Origin: an uncultured Collinsella sp.
GTDB taxonomy: Bacteria > Actinomycetota > Coriobacteriia > Coriobacteriales > Coriobacteriaceae
Assembly: GCA_902495545.1 (NCBI GenBank)
Contig: CABUXM010000002.1
Span: 1,674-65,673 of the forward strand
Direction of reading: 5' to 3'
Length of the DNA stretch: 64,000 nucleotides
Each line of letters opens with the position of its first letter. Position 1 is the stretch's first letter. A program made the position numbers and the translations under genes. Below, piece after piece: positions 9,375-20,036 of the stretch. Under the pieces are notes generated by a model. That model did no database searches. It had not been told where the DNA came from and worked only from the letters and a program-made list of their open reading frames with translations.

Positions 9375-10640
9375 CTAGAGGAAAAAGTCCCTCGCGCTCA
9401 CGATGCGAATGCCGTCGATGTCCGTGTCGTAGGAACCCTGCCTCACGACCACGATCTTCTCGTGGTTGTCTCGTATCGACTTCAGAGGAGCGATCTCTCG
9501 CTCCCTGGTCTCGCTTGCGAACATCTCGTCAGTCACCTGCACGTAGAGTACGCGCCCGTCCTTCGTCGCGACGAAGTCGACCTCCTTGCCATAGAGCTTC
9601 CCCACATGCACGCTCCACCCCTCGTAGAGCAGCTGGAGATACACGGCGTTCTCGAACAGGCGCCCAGTATCCGTGACCCTATAGCCGGCCATCCAGGTCC
9701 TGAAGCCGGTGTCGACGATGTACTCCTTCGGGTTCGTCTTGAGGAGCGCCTTGCCGTGCAGGTCGTAACGCGTGGCGCGGTAGAACAGGAAGGCCTCCTC
9801 GAGCGCGCCCACGTACGAGAAAACGGTCTTGTTCGTGGTCTTCGACCCCGCAGAAGATAACGCACCGGCGATTCGGTTCGACGAGCACTCGTTGCCGATG
9901 TTGTCCGCCAGGAATTCGGCCACATGGCGCAGCAGAGAAGGGTCGGTCACCGCGCTTTTGCCCTTCCCGCGCTCGCGGTTGACGATATCGCGCACGGCGA
10001 TGGCCTCGTAGACTCCGGACATGTACGCCGAGTGCTGCGCCTGGGTCGTCGAGAGGGAGGCAATGGCTGGCATGCCCCCGTACTCAAGGTAACGAGTAAG
10101 CATGTCGTCGAAGAGAACAGGATTCCCTTCGGGAGTGAGAGCCACCGACCTTCCCGATACGAACTCAATTCCGCAGAAGTCAGCGAACTCGGAGAAAGAC
10201 AGGGGCAGCATCTTTACCTCTACGTAGCGCCCGGACAGATAGGTGGCCAGCTCGCTCGAGAGAAGATACGCGTTCGAGCCCGTGAGGTAGATGTCGCAAT
10301 CGAAGTCGACCCTCATTGCGTTGACCGCATCCTGCCAGCCATCGATTCTCTGGGGCTCGTCTATGAAAACGTAGGTGCGACCCTTGTCCGACAGGCACCC
10401 GCGAATGTGATCATAAAGTTGGTCCTCCGTCTTGATGCCCGTGCCCTTGCTTTCCAGGTTGACGCTCACAAAGCCGCGGCCAGCGACCCCTTCAGACTCG
10501 ACGGTCATCCTGATTAGGTCGAGGAGACTCGACTTGCCGCACCTGCGCACGCCCGTAATCACCTTGATGAGGTCGGTGTCACGGAAGAGCATCGCCTCCT
10601 CGAGGTACCTGTCGCGGTTCCTGAGTCTGCTGCATTTCAA
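9375..10640 (-). CDS. AAA-family ATPase with DUF4143-type C-terminal domain
   Basis: 421 aa. RDRYLEE...IKVITGVRRCGKSSLL is the P-loop and VFIDEPQ is Walker B. The probable start is TTG 10640, which follows an AGGAG RBS. Confidence 0.75.
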   Translation of the reverse strand: MKCSRLRNRDRYLEEAMLFRDTDLIKVITGVRRCGKSSLLDLIRMTVESEGVAGRGFVSVNLESKGTGIKTEDQLYDHIRGCLSDKGRTYVFIDEPQRIDGWQDAVNAMRVDFDCDIYLTGSNAYLLSSELATYLSGRYVEVKMLPLSFSEFADFCGIEFVSGRSVALTPEGNPVLFDDMLTRYLEYGGMPAIASLSTTQAQHSAYMSGVYEAIAVRDIVNRERGKGKSAVTDPSLLRHVAEFLADNIGNECSSNRIAGALSSAGSKTTNKTVFSYVGALEEAFLFYRATRYDLHGKALLKTNPKEYIVDTGFRTWMAGYRVTDTGRLFENAVYLQLLYEGWSVHVGKLYGKEVDFVATKDGRVLYVQVTDEMFASETREREIAPLKSIRDNHEKIVVVRQGSYDTDIDGIRIVSARDFFL

Positions 10641-10838
10641 GAGCTGCTCCTAAAACTCGAATCTGGTTACACTTTTAGGAGTATCATAACTCTGCGCCAC
10701 AAGATGAGCAAAGAGCGCACCTCGAGACGAATCGACTAAAGGGATTGCGCACCTGCCGGGAGGCAGGGCAGCTTGCTCGATCATCGCGGACTGCCAATTG
10801 CTAAACCCCAATAGCCGAAGCGCGCGGCGCTCGTTTCG

Positions 10839-11027
10839 CTACATCGACTTGATGGGATGGCGGATCACGGTCTTGAGCTTCTCTGGCGCGCACTTGCGCG
10901 GGTCGGAGAGGTAAATCTCGTGACAGAGGCGGGATTCGGAGAAGTCGGGCGCATATCCCCGTTCCGCCGCAAATGCACGCATGGCGCCTATGATCGTCAG
11001 CTCGTCATCGTAAGGCCAGTATAGCAA
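10839..11027 (-). pseudogene. C-terminal remnant of a GyrI-like / effector-binding domain protein
   Basis: 62 aa ending ...HEIYLSDPRKCAPEKLKTVIRHPI, the typical C-terminus of GyrI-like domains (normally about 150 aa). The N-terminal two-thirds are absent. Confidence 0.45.
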
Positions 11028-11093
11028 TGGGCGCGGATTCGTAAGAAGCCGCGCCCATTGGCAAACACTATAGCATAGAATCGAACGTCTGTT

Positions 11094-12692
11094 CTATTCC
11101 CACTCAATCGTCGCGGGCGGCTTGGACGTGATATCGTAGCACACGCGGTTGGCGCCGGGAACCTCGGCAACGATGCGGCCGGAGATGCGGGCCAATACGT
11201 CGTAGGGCAGCTTGGCCCAGTCGGCGGTCATGGCATCGCTGGACTCGACGGCACGCAGGATGATCGGGCGCTGATAGGTGCGCTCGTCGCCCATAACGCC
11301 AACGGACTTAATATCGGGCAGGACCGCGAAATACTGCCAGCAGCTGTGCTCGGAGTTGCGCTCGCCGGTCTGCTCAAACAGACGCTGGTTGTAGGCGTCG
11401 AGCTCCTCGCGCACGATGGCGTCGGCGTTCTTGAGGATCTCGAGCTTCTCCTTATCGACCGCACCGATGATGCGGATGGCAAGACCCGGGCCCGGGAAAG
11501 GCTGGCGGAACACGATATGACCCGGCAGGCCCAGCGCCAGACCAAGCGCGCGGACCTCGTCCTTAAAGAAGTGATCGAGCGGCTCGATGAGGTCGAAGTG
11601 CACGCCCTCGGGGAACGGGATCAGGTTGTGGTGGCTCTTGATGGTGGCCGTCTTGCCGCCCGTCTTGCGTGCGCCGGACTCGATGATGTCGGGGTAGATG
11701 GTGCCCTGAGCCAGGTACTTGACCGGCTTGCCATCGGTCTCGAGCTGCTGGGCCACGGCGAAGAACTCTTTCCAGAACTGCGTACCGATGATGCGGCGCT
11801 TCTGCTCGGGCTCGGTCACGCCGGCCAGAAGCTCGGCATAACGGTCCTCGGCGTGGACATGGATAAAGTCGACGTCAAACTGCTTGGTGAAGACCTCCTC
11901 CACCTGCTCGGGCTCGCCCTTGCGCAGCAGGCCGTGGTTGATGAACACGCAGGTCATCTGCTTGCCCACGGCACGAGCGCCCAGCGCAGCCACGACGGAG
12001 GAGTCGACGCCACCGGACAGGGCCAGAATCACGCGGTCGTCGCCGACCTTCTCGCGGAACTCGGCCGTCATGGTATCGACCAGGTTGTCCATGCTCCAGT
12101 TGGGCTCCAGGCCGCAGATCTCAAACAGGAAATTGCTCAGCAGCTGCTGACCGTACTCGGAGTGCTTGACCTCGGGGTGGAACTGCGTGGTAAAGATCTT
12201 GCGCTCGGGGCACTCCATGGCGGCAACCGGGCACACGTCGGTGCTGGCGGTAACGGTAAAGCCCTCGGGCACCTCGGAAACGGCGTCGCGGTGGCTCATC
12301 CACACGGTCTGCTCCATGGGCGTAGAGTTAAAGAGCTTGGCACCAGCCGTGCGCGTGATGGTGGCGCGGCCATACTCGCCCACCTCGGAGTGGCCGACCT
12401 TGCCGCCGAGCGTCACGGCCGTGATCTGATGGCCGTAGCAAAAGCCCAGGACGGGAAGACCCAGGTCAAAGATGGCAGGATCGATGGACGGAGCGTCCTC
12501 GGCATACACAGAAGCCGGGCCGCCGGAAAGGATGAGCGCAGAGGCGTTCATCTCGCGAATCTCGTCGGCCGAGATGTCGCAGGGGACAATCTCGGAATAC
12601 ACGTTGAGGTCGCGGACGCGACGGGCAATGAGCTGACCGTACTGCGCACCAAAGTCGAGTACGAGGACCTTTGCGGAAGCCTTTTGATCCAT
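11094..12692 (-). CDS. guaA: GMP synthase (glutamine-hydrolysing)
   Basis: MDQKASAKVLVLDFGAQYGQLIARRVR..., the LGFCYGHQ amidotransferase motif, the SGGVDSSV PP-loop, and a C-terminal ...ATIEWE. The start was set to ATG 12692, which follows a GAGGGGG RBS. Confidence 0.95.
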   Translation of the reverse strand: MDQKASAKVLVLDFGAQYGQLIARRVRDLNVYSEIVPCDISADEIREMNASALILSGGPASVYAEDAPSIDPAIFDLGLPVLGFCYGHQITAVTLGGKVGHSEVGEYGRATITRTAGAKLFNSTPMEQTVWMSHRDAVSEVPEGFTVTASTDVCPVAAMECPERKIFTTQFHPEVKHSEYGQQLLSNFLFEICGLEPNWSMDNLVDTMTAEFREKVGDDRVILALSGGVDSSVVAALGARAVGKQMTCVFINHGLLRKGEPEQVEEVFTKQFDVDFIHVHAEDRYAELLAGVTEPEQKRRIIGTQFWKEFFAVAQQLETDGKPVKYLAQGTIYPDIIESGARKTGGKTATIKSHHNLIPFPEGVHFDLIEPLDHFFKDEVRALGLALGLPGHIVFRQPFPGPGLAIRIIGAVDKEKLEILKNADAIVREELDAYNQRLFEQTGERNSEHSCWQYFAVLPDIKSVGVMGDERTYQRPIILRAVESSDAMTADWAKLPYDVLARISGRIVAEVPGANRVCYDITSKPPATIEWE

Positions 12693-12959
12693 GGTTCCCC
12701 CTCTTGTTGGCGGGGAGCCGGTGCCCACCCGCGCGAATAAACGAGAATAACTTTCATAGTGTACACGTTATATGGGGCTTCTCGTCCCTCGCAGCCATCA
12801 GCGCACGGCAAACGCACGACCTGGGTCCCTATTTGACGGCAATTGAAGTGTTACCAAACGTTACAGATGATGTAATACGTTTGAACATTGTACGCCCTGT
12901 GCCACAATACTGCCGAACGACTCCGCCTCTGCGGCGGCAAATACGATAGGAATACGAGC

Positions 12960-13973
12960 ATGAAGCGCATCCTTCTCATCGCCACGGGCGGCACCATCGC
13001 ATCGACCGAGGACGGCAACGGCCTCTCCCCCGCCCTGACCGGTGAGGAACTCGCCCAGAGCGTCCCCGAGATCTCGGGCCTCTGCGAGCTCGACGTGGTG
13101 CAGCCCATGAACATCGACAGCACCAATATGCGCCCCAGTGACTGGATGCGTATCCGCGACGTCATCGTCGAGGGTTATGCCGACCACGACGGTTTCGTGA
13201 TTCTGCACGGCACCGACACCATGAGCTACACCGCGGCAGCGCTTTCCTACCTGATTCAGGACAGCCCCAAGCCCATCGTGCTCACCGGCTCGCAAAAGCC
13301 CATGGGCAACCCCTTTACCGATGCTAAGCTCAACCTGTATCAGAGCCTGCTCTATGCGCTCGATGAGCATTCGCACGACGTCTCGATTGTGTTTGGCGGC
13401 GTCGCCATTGCCGGCACGCGTGCCCGCAAGCAGCGTACCATGAGCTTTAACGCGTTCATTAGCGTCAACTATCCGCCCATTGCCTACATCCGCAACGACC
13501 GCATTGTGCGCAACGGACTTCACGGCACGCATCAGGGCGAAAACCCGGTGCGTTTCTACGACAGCATCGACCCGCGCGTGTTTGTCCTTAAGCTAACGCC
13601 CGGCGTGAACCCGGGCATCCTCGACGCCCTTGCCGACAGCTACGATGCTGTAATCCTTGAGACCTTTGGCATTGGCGGTATTCCCGAGTTTGGCGAGTCG
13701 GGCGAGTCGTTCCAAGAGGCAATTTTCCGCTGGGTCGATTCGGGCCGCACCGTCGTTATGACCACGCAGGTCCCAGAAGAGGGCCTTGACCTGGGTGTTT
13801 ATGAGGTTGGCCGTGCTTACGCCGATCATCCGGGCATTCTGCGCGGCGACGACATGACCACCGAGACGCTCGTGGCCAAGACCATGTGGGCACTCGGCCA
13901 GTCACGCGATGCCGCCGAGATCCAGCGCCTGTTCTACAGCCAAGTCAACCACGACCGAATCCCGATGGCGTAA
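12960..13973 (+). CDS. ansA: type I L-asparaginase
   Basis: MKRILLIATGGTIAS...HGTDTMSYTAAALS...LTGSQKP are the signature motifs. The start was trimmed to ATG 12960. Confidence 0.9.
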   Translation: MKRILLIATGGTIASTEDGNGLSPALTGEELAQSVPEISGLCELDVVQPMNIDSTNMRPSDWMRIRDVIVEGYADHDGFVILHGTDTMSYTAAALSYLIQDSPKPIVLTGSQKPMGNPFTDAKLNLYQSLLYALDEHSHDVSIVFGGVAIAGTRARKQRTMSFNAFISVNYPPIAYIRNDRIVRNGLHGTHQGENPVRFYDSIDPRVFVLKLTPGVNPGILDALADSYDAVILETFGIGGIPEFGESGESFQEAIFRWVDSGRTVVMTTQVPEEGLDLGVYEVGRAYADHPGILRGDDMTTETLVAKTMWALGQSRDAAEIQRLFYSQVNHDRIPMA

Positions 13974-14294
13974 TCCCTAAGGCAGTTCCACTTATCGCAG
14001 CCTCAAACGACAGGTGGTCCCCCTCGGGCCGTGCAAAAAACGGAGTATTCTGCAATTTCTCCGCCAGAGGCATAGAATCGGCCAATTGTTAGACGAACTT
14101 TTAGGACGAAGGGGCCGTCTGGTAAATATTTATTCCTCATTTTTATTTAACGTGTGGATTAACTACTACCAAAAAGGCAAAACCAGCCGCTCAAGCTACC
14201 GTCTACAGCCGAACTGGTGCTGAATACTCGCGATTTTGCACATCGCAACCAGGGGGACCCGCCCAAAGAGCGTCAATTAGCAGCGAGGAACGCC

Positions 14295-14513
14295 CTATTC
14301 GATACCCTCGAGAAGTTCTGACACCGTCATGCCGAGTGCGGGCGCGATCTTAAATAGAACCTTGAGCGTGAAATTTGCCGTCCCATCTTCGATTCGGTCG
14401 AGGTAGGGTCGGCTGATTCCTGTCGCCACACAAAAATCAACCTTGGAGATACCAAGGTCCCTGCGTGTCTCTTCGACCCGCCTGCCAAGAATCTGTTTCG
14501 CACGTTCGTCCAT
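14295..14513 (-). CDS. XRE-family helix-turn-helix transcriptional regulator
   Basis: 72 aa. The segment LGISKVDFCVATGISRPYLDRIEDG is HTH_3-like. Confidence 0.75.
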   Translation of the reverse strand: MDERAKQILGRRVEETRRDLGISKVDFCVATGISRPYLDRIEDGTANFTLKVLFKIAPALGMTVSELLEGIE

Positions 14514-14542
14514 GCAGCCGAGTTTGAAATGGAGCCGAACAT

Positions 14543-14566
14543 AAACGTAAACTATAGTTTACGTTT
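14543..14566. promoter_or_regulatory. perfect 24-bp palindrome, candidate operator of the XRE regulator
   Basis: AAACGTAAACTATAGTTTACGTTT is fully self-complementary. It lies in the 76-nt divergent intergenic region, 30 nt from the XRE start codon. Confidence 0.6.
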
Positions 14567-14589
14567 TGCCGAATACACAGGAGTTTTCT

Positions 14590-14979
14590 ATGTCGGGTTC
14601 TTCGGTCCGCATGTACCGAGCCACGCTTCGCACAAACAGCGCACCGCCCAAGCTCGTCGTCGTTGAAGCAGAATGCCTTTCGCCCGATGAGCGCACAGCA
14701 TTTGCATTGCTATCAAGTCGCGTCGCCGCCGTTCTGATCCCTTGCCCGGCGCAAGGTGAACTTGCCATCCAATGCCAAACGCACAGCTGCCCGCTCAATC
14801 AGGCTGCCGTAATCGCAACCAGCCAACGCGGCCTGCCGCTCCTTCTAGAAGCCGGCATCGCACTCGCCCTTCGTGGCGCCGGATGCGAAAACGAGGCCGC
14901 CGCCGACATGGTCTTTAAACCACGATCGAGCGGCGGCCTCGCAGCAGCCATTGAATATGCGTGCAGGCTCGTTGCCTAA
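14590..14979 (+). CDS. hypothetical protein, divergent from the XRE gene
   Basis: ATG 14590 lies 7 nt after an AGGAG RBS. 129 aa, no recognisable family, atypical codon usage. Confidence 0.35.
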   Translation: MSGSSVRMYRATLRTNSAPPKLVVVEAECLSPDERTAFALLSSRVAAVLIPCPAQGELAIQCQTHSCPLNQAAVIATSQRGLPLLLEAGIALALRGAGCENEAAADMVFKPRSSGGLAAAIEYACRLVA

Positions 14980-14988
14980 AAGGACAAG

Positions 14989-15372
14989 CTAGAAACCAAA
15001 GCCAAAGCCCGTTCCGGTAATCGCCGAATACATAAAGTAGACGTTGATTACGTTGAGGAACACGCCCGTGATGCAGCCGTTACGCAGGTAGCGCTCGCAC
15101 GCAAGACGTGCCATCACAGCGGAGTCCTCGTTGTTCTTTGCCTGGCGTCCCGCCGTAAAGTACGTCGCCACGCCCAGCAGCAGGTTGAGCACCGGCAGTG
15201 CCAGCAACTCGTAGCTCTTGCCCCAGCGCGTCACCTCGCCGGCGGCATTAAACTTTGTTGCCACCTCGGGACCAATGTTGGGGATCACAAACGCCGCTAC
15301 CACCAGCGGAATCACCGTAAGCACGAGCAGCGCAATACCCATGTAGCCAGCTTTTTTGCCATATTTAAACAT
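14989..15372 (-). CDS. small membrane protein (DUF1648/SdpI-like)
   Basis: 127 aa with 3-4 hydrophobic helices. The ...IPNIGPEVATKFNAAGEVTRWGKS segment resembles the DUF1648 pattern. Confidence 0.55.
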   Translation of the reverse strand: MFKYGKKAGYMGIALLVLTVIPLVVAAFVIPNIGPEVATKFNAAGEVTRWGKSYELLALPVLNLLLGVATYFTAGRQAKNNEDSAVMARLACERYLRNGCITGVFLNVINVYFMYSAITGTGFGFGF

Positions 15373-15383
15373 ATGCGTCGTCC

Positions 15384-16460
15384 TTACACGTTAAAGCGGA
15401 AGTGCACGACGTCGCCATCGGCCATGACATAGTCCTTGCCCTCAATACGCAGCTTGCCGGCGGCCTTGGCGCCCTGCTCGCCGCCGAGCTCGATGTAGTC
15501 GTCGTAGCCAATGACCTCGGCCTTAATAAAGCCGCGCTCAAAGTCGGTGTGGATGACACCGGCGGCCTGCGGGGCGGTCGCGCCCTGACGAACCGTCCAG
15601 GCCTTGACCTCCATCTCGCCAGCCGTAAAGAACGACTGCAGACCGAGCAGCTTATAGGCTGCCTGCGCGAGCACATCCAGGCCGGGCTGCTCCAGGCCCA
15701 GGCTCTCCAGGTAGTCGGCAGCGTCCTCGGGATCGAGCTCGGAAAGCTCGGCCTCGATCTTGGCACAGATCGGCAGCGGCTTGACGCCATCGATGGGCGC
15801 CAGGTCCTCGTTGAGCATGTCCTCGTCCACGTTGGCCACATACAGGATGGGCTTCATGGTGAGCAGGAACAGGCCCTTGGCGGCGGCGCGCTCCTCGTCG
15901 GTCATCTCCATGGATGCGGCGCGCTTGCCCTCGTTGAGCCAGGCAAGCAGGCGCTTAGCGACCTCGAACTTGGGCATGAGCTCCTTGTCGCGCTTGGCCT
16001 CCTTCTCGAGCTTGGGCAGCTGTTTCTCGAGCGTTCCCATATCGGCCAGGATGAGCTCGGTCATGATGGTGTCGGCATCGCCGGCAGGATCGACGAACTC
16101 GCCCGTGCGGCCCACCTCACGCATGACGTTGGGGTCCTTAAAGTAACGCACGACCTCGCAGATGGCATCGGTCTCGCGGATGTTTGCCAAGAACTGGTTG
16201 CCCAGGCCCTCGCCCTCGTTGGCGCCCTTCACCAGGCCTGCGATGTCAACGAACTCGACCGTCGCCGGCACAATGCGGCCCGGGTTGACAATGTCGGCGA
16301 GCTTTTGCAGGCGGCTATCGGGCACGTCAACGATACCCACGTTGGGGTCGATCGTGGCAAACGGGTAGTTAGCGGCAAGGCCGGTCTTTTTGGTAAGCGC
16401 GGTGAACAGCGTCGACTTGCCCACGTTGGGCAGGCCCACGATACCGATGGAAAGGGACAC
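15384..16460 (-). CDS. ychF: redox-regulated ribosome-binding ATPase YchF
   Basis: (V)[22 protein letters not shown]...[10 protein letters not shown]...[13 protein letters not shown]. The GTG start at 16460 follows an AAGGAG RBS. The upstream part of the listed ORF is an artefactual extension. Confidence 0.93.
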   Translation of the reverse strand: MSLSIGIVGLPNVGKSTLFTALTKKTGLAANYPFATIDPNVGIVDVPDSRLQKLADIVNPGRIVPATVEFVDIAGLVKGANEGEGLGNQFLANIRETDAICEVVRYFKDPNVMREVGRTGEFVDPAGDADTIMTELILADMGTLEKQLPKLEKEAKRDKELMPKFEVAKRLLAWLNEGKRAASMEMTDEERAAAKGLFLLTMKPILYVANVDEDMLNEDLAPIDGVKPLPICAKIEAELSELDPEDAADYLESLGLEQPGLDVLAQAAYKLLGLQSFFTAGEMEVKAWTVRQGATAPQAAGVIHTDFERGFIKAEVIGYDDYIELGGEQGAKAAGKLRIEGKDYVMADGDVVHFRFNV

Positions 16461-16587
16461 GACAGCTCCTTTTGGTACAGGTACTTCAAACTGCATAAGT
16501 ATAGCGCCGCCGCAGCATCCGGGCGAATCCGGACACCGCGACGGCGCAAATGAAGCAGAGATGCGTGAGAGTTCGAGACAGCAGTCC

Positions 16588-17958
<1,371 letters not shown>

Positions 17959-18086
17959 TCAATCCATCCCCGTACGCGGCCTGCACGGTTTGGAATTGTT
18001 ACCTAGAAGTGGAGTTTTTTATCTCTAGAATCGGCCTTGCGGTGCATACCGGCTCTGCAAGGCCGATTGTTTCGATGGACGATGGT

Positions 18087-19679
18087 TTACAGAAGACTCT
18101 CGAACTTCTCGCGAACCTGCGGGACGGTAAGGCCGATGATGACCTGGATTGACTGACCTTGGACCACCAAGCCATGCGTACCGATCGCCTTGAAGGAAGC
18201 CTCGGGTGCAACGACGCTCTTGTCCTTGACGTTAACGCGCAGACGGGTAGCGCAGTTAGTTACATCGATGATGTTATCCGCGCCACCGAGCAGATCGAGG
18301 ATTTTCTCGGCAAGCACCAAGCGCTCATCATCTTTACTCTGGGCGACCGATTTGCCAGCAGCAGCACCGCCCTGCTTTTGCTTGTAGTCGGCCTTGGACT
18401 TGAGCTCGACCTCAACATCGTCATCCTCGCGACCGGGGGTCTTAAAGTCGAACTTGACGATCAGGAAACGGAAGACCACGACCCAAAGGGCGGTAAAGCA
18501 CAGACCGACAAGGATGGAGATGGCGTACTGCAGACCGTGTGCGGCCCAAAGGGGCAGCCAGTCCCACGAAAGCATCGAGATGATGCCGCCGTCGAAGATG
18601 CCCACGACGCCAAGGAGGTTTTGAGCCATGCAGCCGAGCGCTCCGAGCACGCAGTGGACGACGAACAGGCCGGGCGCGATGAACAGGAAGGTGAAGTCAA
18701 GCGGCTCGGTGATACCGCAAAGCATAGCGGTAAGGGTGACCGGGATCAGCAGAGCCTTGACGCGCTGCTTGCGCTCGGGTTTGGCGGTCATATAAAACGC
18801 AATGGCGACGCCAAGCGAGCCGAAGACCTTAGTCCAACCAGGGCAGGTATAGGCAGCCCAGGGTGCGGCATCCTTAAGAGCAATGCTCGGATCGGCAGCC
18901 AGTTGGGGCAGGATGTTGGCCCAAGCAGCAAAGATGCCGCCGTTGACCGCCGCGTTGTCGTAATAGAACGGCGTATAGATAAAGTGGTGCAGGCCTGTAG
19001 GGATCAGCACGCGCTCGAAGAAAGCAAAGACACCCACGCCAAACGTACCGGCGGAAAGGATGAATCCCTGGAAGGCAGAGATAGCAGCCTGAACATGCGG
19101 CCACACCAGGCAGGCGATAAGAGCGACCGGAATCATAACGAAGAAACCGATCATATAGATGAACACGGAACCCGAGAACACGCCCAGCCACTCAGGAAGT
19201 TCGGTGTCGAAGTACTTGTTGTGAAGCATCGTGGCGATACCTGAAATGATAAGCGCGCCCATGATGCCCATATCAAGCGTTTTGATGCTTGCGATAGTGG
19301 CAAGACCAGTACCGCTGCCCGCCTCGACAGAGTAGTCGACTCCAAAGACAGGGCCCCACTGCCCCAAGATTGTGCTTACAAAGTAGTTGAAGGTAAGGTA
19401 GATGGCCAAAGCCTCCATGCAGCAGCGAGCGTTCTGCTTGTTCGCGAGCGAGATTGGCAACGCTACGCAAAACAGCAACGGCATCTGGTTAAAGAGCGTC
19501 CAACCACCCTGGAGCAGCACATTCCAGCAATCAAACCAAAGATGGCCCGCAGTGGCCATCTCGCCAAAGATCGCCTCGGTGGTAAACAACGTACCCAGGC
19601 CGACGACGATTCCGGAAAATGCGAAAAGAATTGCAGGCGTGTACATGGCACCGCCGAAACGTTGTATCTTTTGCATCAT
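18087..19679 (-). CDS. PTS glucose/maltose/alpha-glucoside-family EIICB component
   Basis: MMQKIQRFGGAMYTPAILF..., about 10 TM segments, and a C-terminal IIB module (...NIIDVTNCATRLRVNVKD). The start was trimmed to ATG 19679. Confidence 0.88.
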   Translation of the reverse strand: MMQKIQRFGGAMYTPAILFAFSGIVVGLGTLFTTEAIFGEMATAGHLWFDCWNVLLQGGWTLFNQMPLLFCVALPISLANKQNARCCMEALAIYLTFNYFVSTILGQWGPVFGVDYSVEAGSGTGLATIASIKTLDMGIMGALIISGIATMLHNKYFDTELPEWLGVFSGSVFIYMIGFFVMIPVALIACLVWPHVQAAISAFQGFILSAGTFGVGVFAFFERVLIPTGLHHFIYTPFYYDNAAVNGGIFAAWANILPQLAADPSIALKDAAPWAAYTCPGWTKVFGSLGVAIAFYMTAKPERKQRVKALLIPVTLTAMLCGITEPLDFTFLFIAPGLFVVHCVLGALGCMAQNLLGVVGIFDGGIISMLSWDWLPLWAAHGLQYAISILVGLCFTALWVVVFRFLIVKFDFKTPGREDDDVEVELKSKADYKQKQGGAAAGKSVAQSKDDERLVLAEKILDLLGGADNIIDVTNCATRLRVNVKDKSVVAPEASFKAIGTHGLVVQGQSIQVIIGLTVPQVREKFESLL

Positions 19680-19825
19680 GACGGGGAATCCCCCTCTCTT
19701 CATTCGGAGCGACTGCGGTTTTGGCTTCACTCGAGACCGCAGACGCGCCGTTTGCGTGTACCTCGTGCAATAGGACGGGTGGGCCCGCTTCCCTGACTTC
19801 TTGCGCTTCTATTTTTATCATATCA

Positions 19826-19990
19826 CTTATCTAGACAAGTTAGCATAAATACTACGGTCGGTAAACGGTTGATTATTGGCCGTAAACGGTATATGTCCAG
19901 TATTTCGCCTGTTAAATCTGACATAGCTGATGACTGCATTATAAATTTCTTTTCTACTTGTCTAGATGTGCTTGTCTATATCTATAGACA
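19826..19990. promoter_or_regulatory. three HutC/GntR-type operator-like palindromes in the divergent promoter region
   Basis: The three sites are CTTATCTAGACAAG (19826-19839), CTTGTCTAGATGTG (19957-19970) and TGTCTATA-TC-TATAGACA (19973-19990). All sit in an A/T-rich region between the PTS/GH4 operon and the dehydrogenase/GntR operon. Confidence 0.55.
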
Positions 19991-20036
19991 TACCTATACT
20001 TCATTACAACATTCACCGCCACGTTAAGGAGTCACC

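Noticed and set aside
12693-12860. Purine riboswitch in the guaA leader
   Set aside because: The leader contains a CATATAAC segment, but it lacks the conserved three-way junction and the loop-loop motifs of the purine riboswitch as I remember them.
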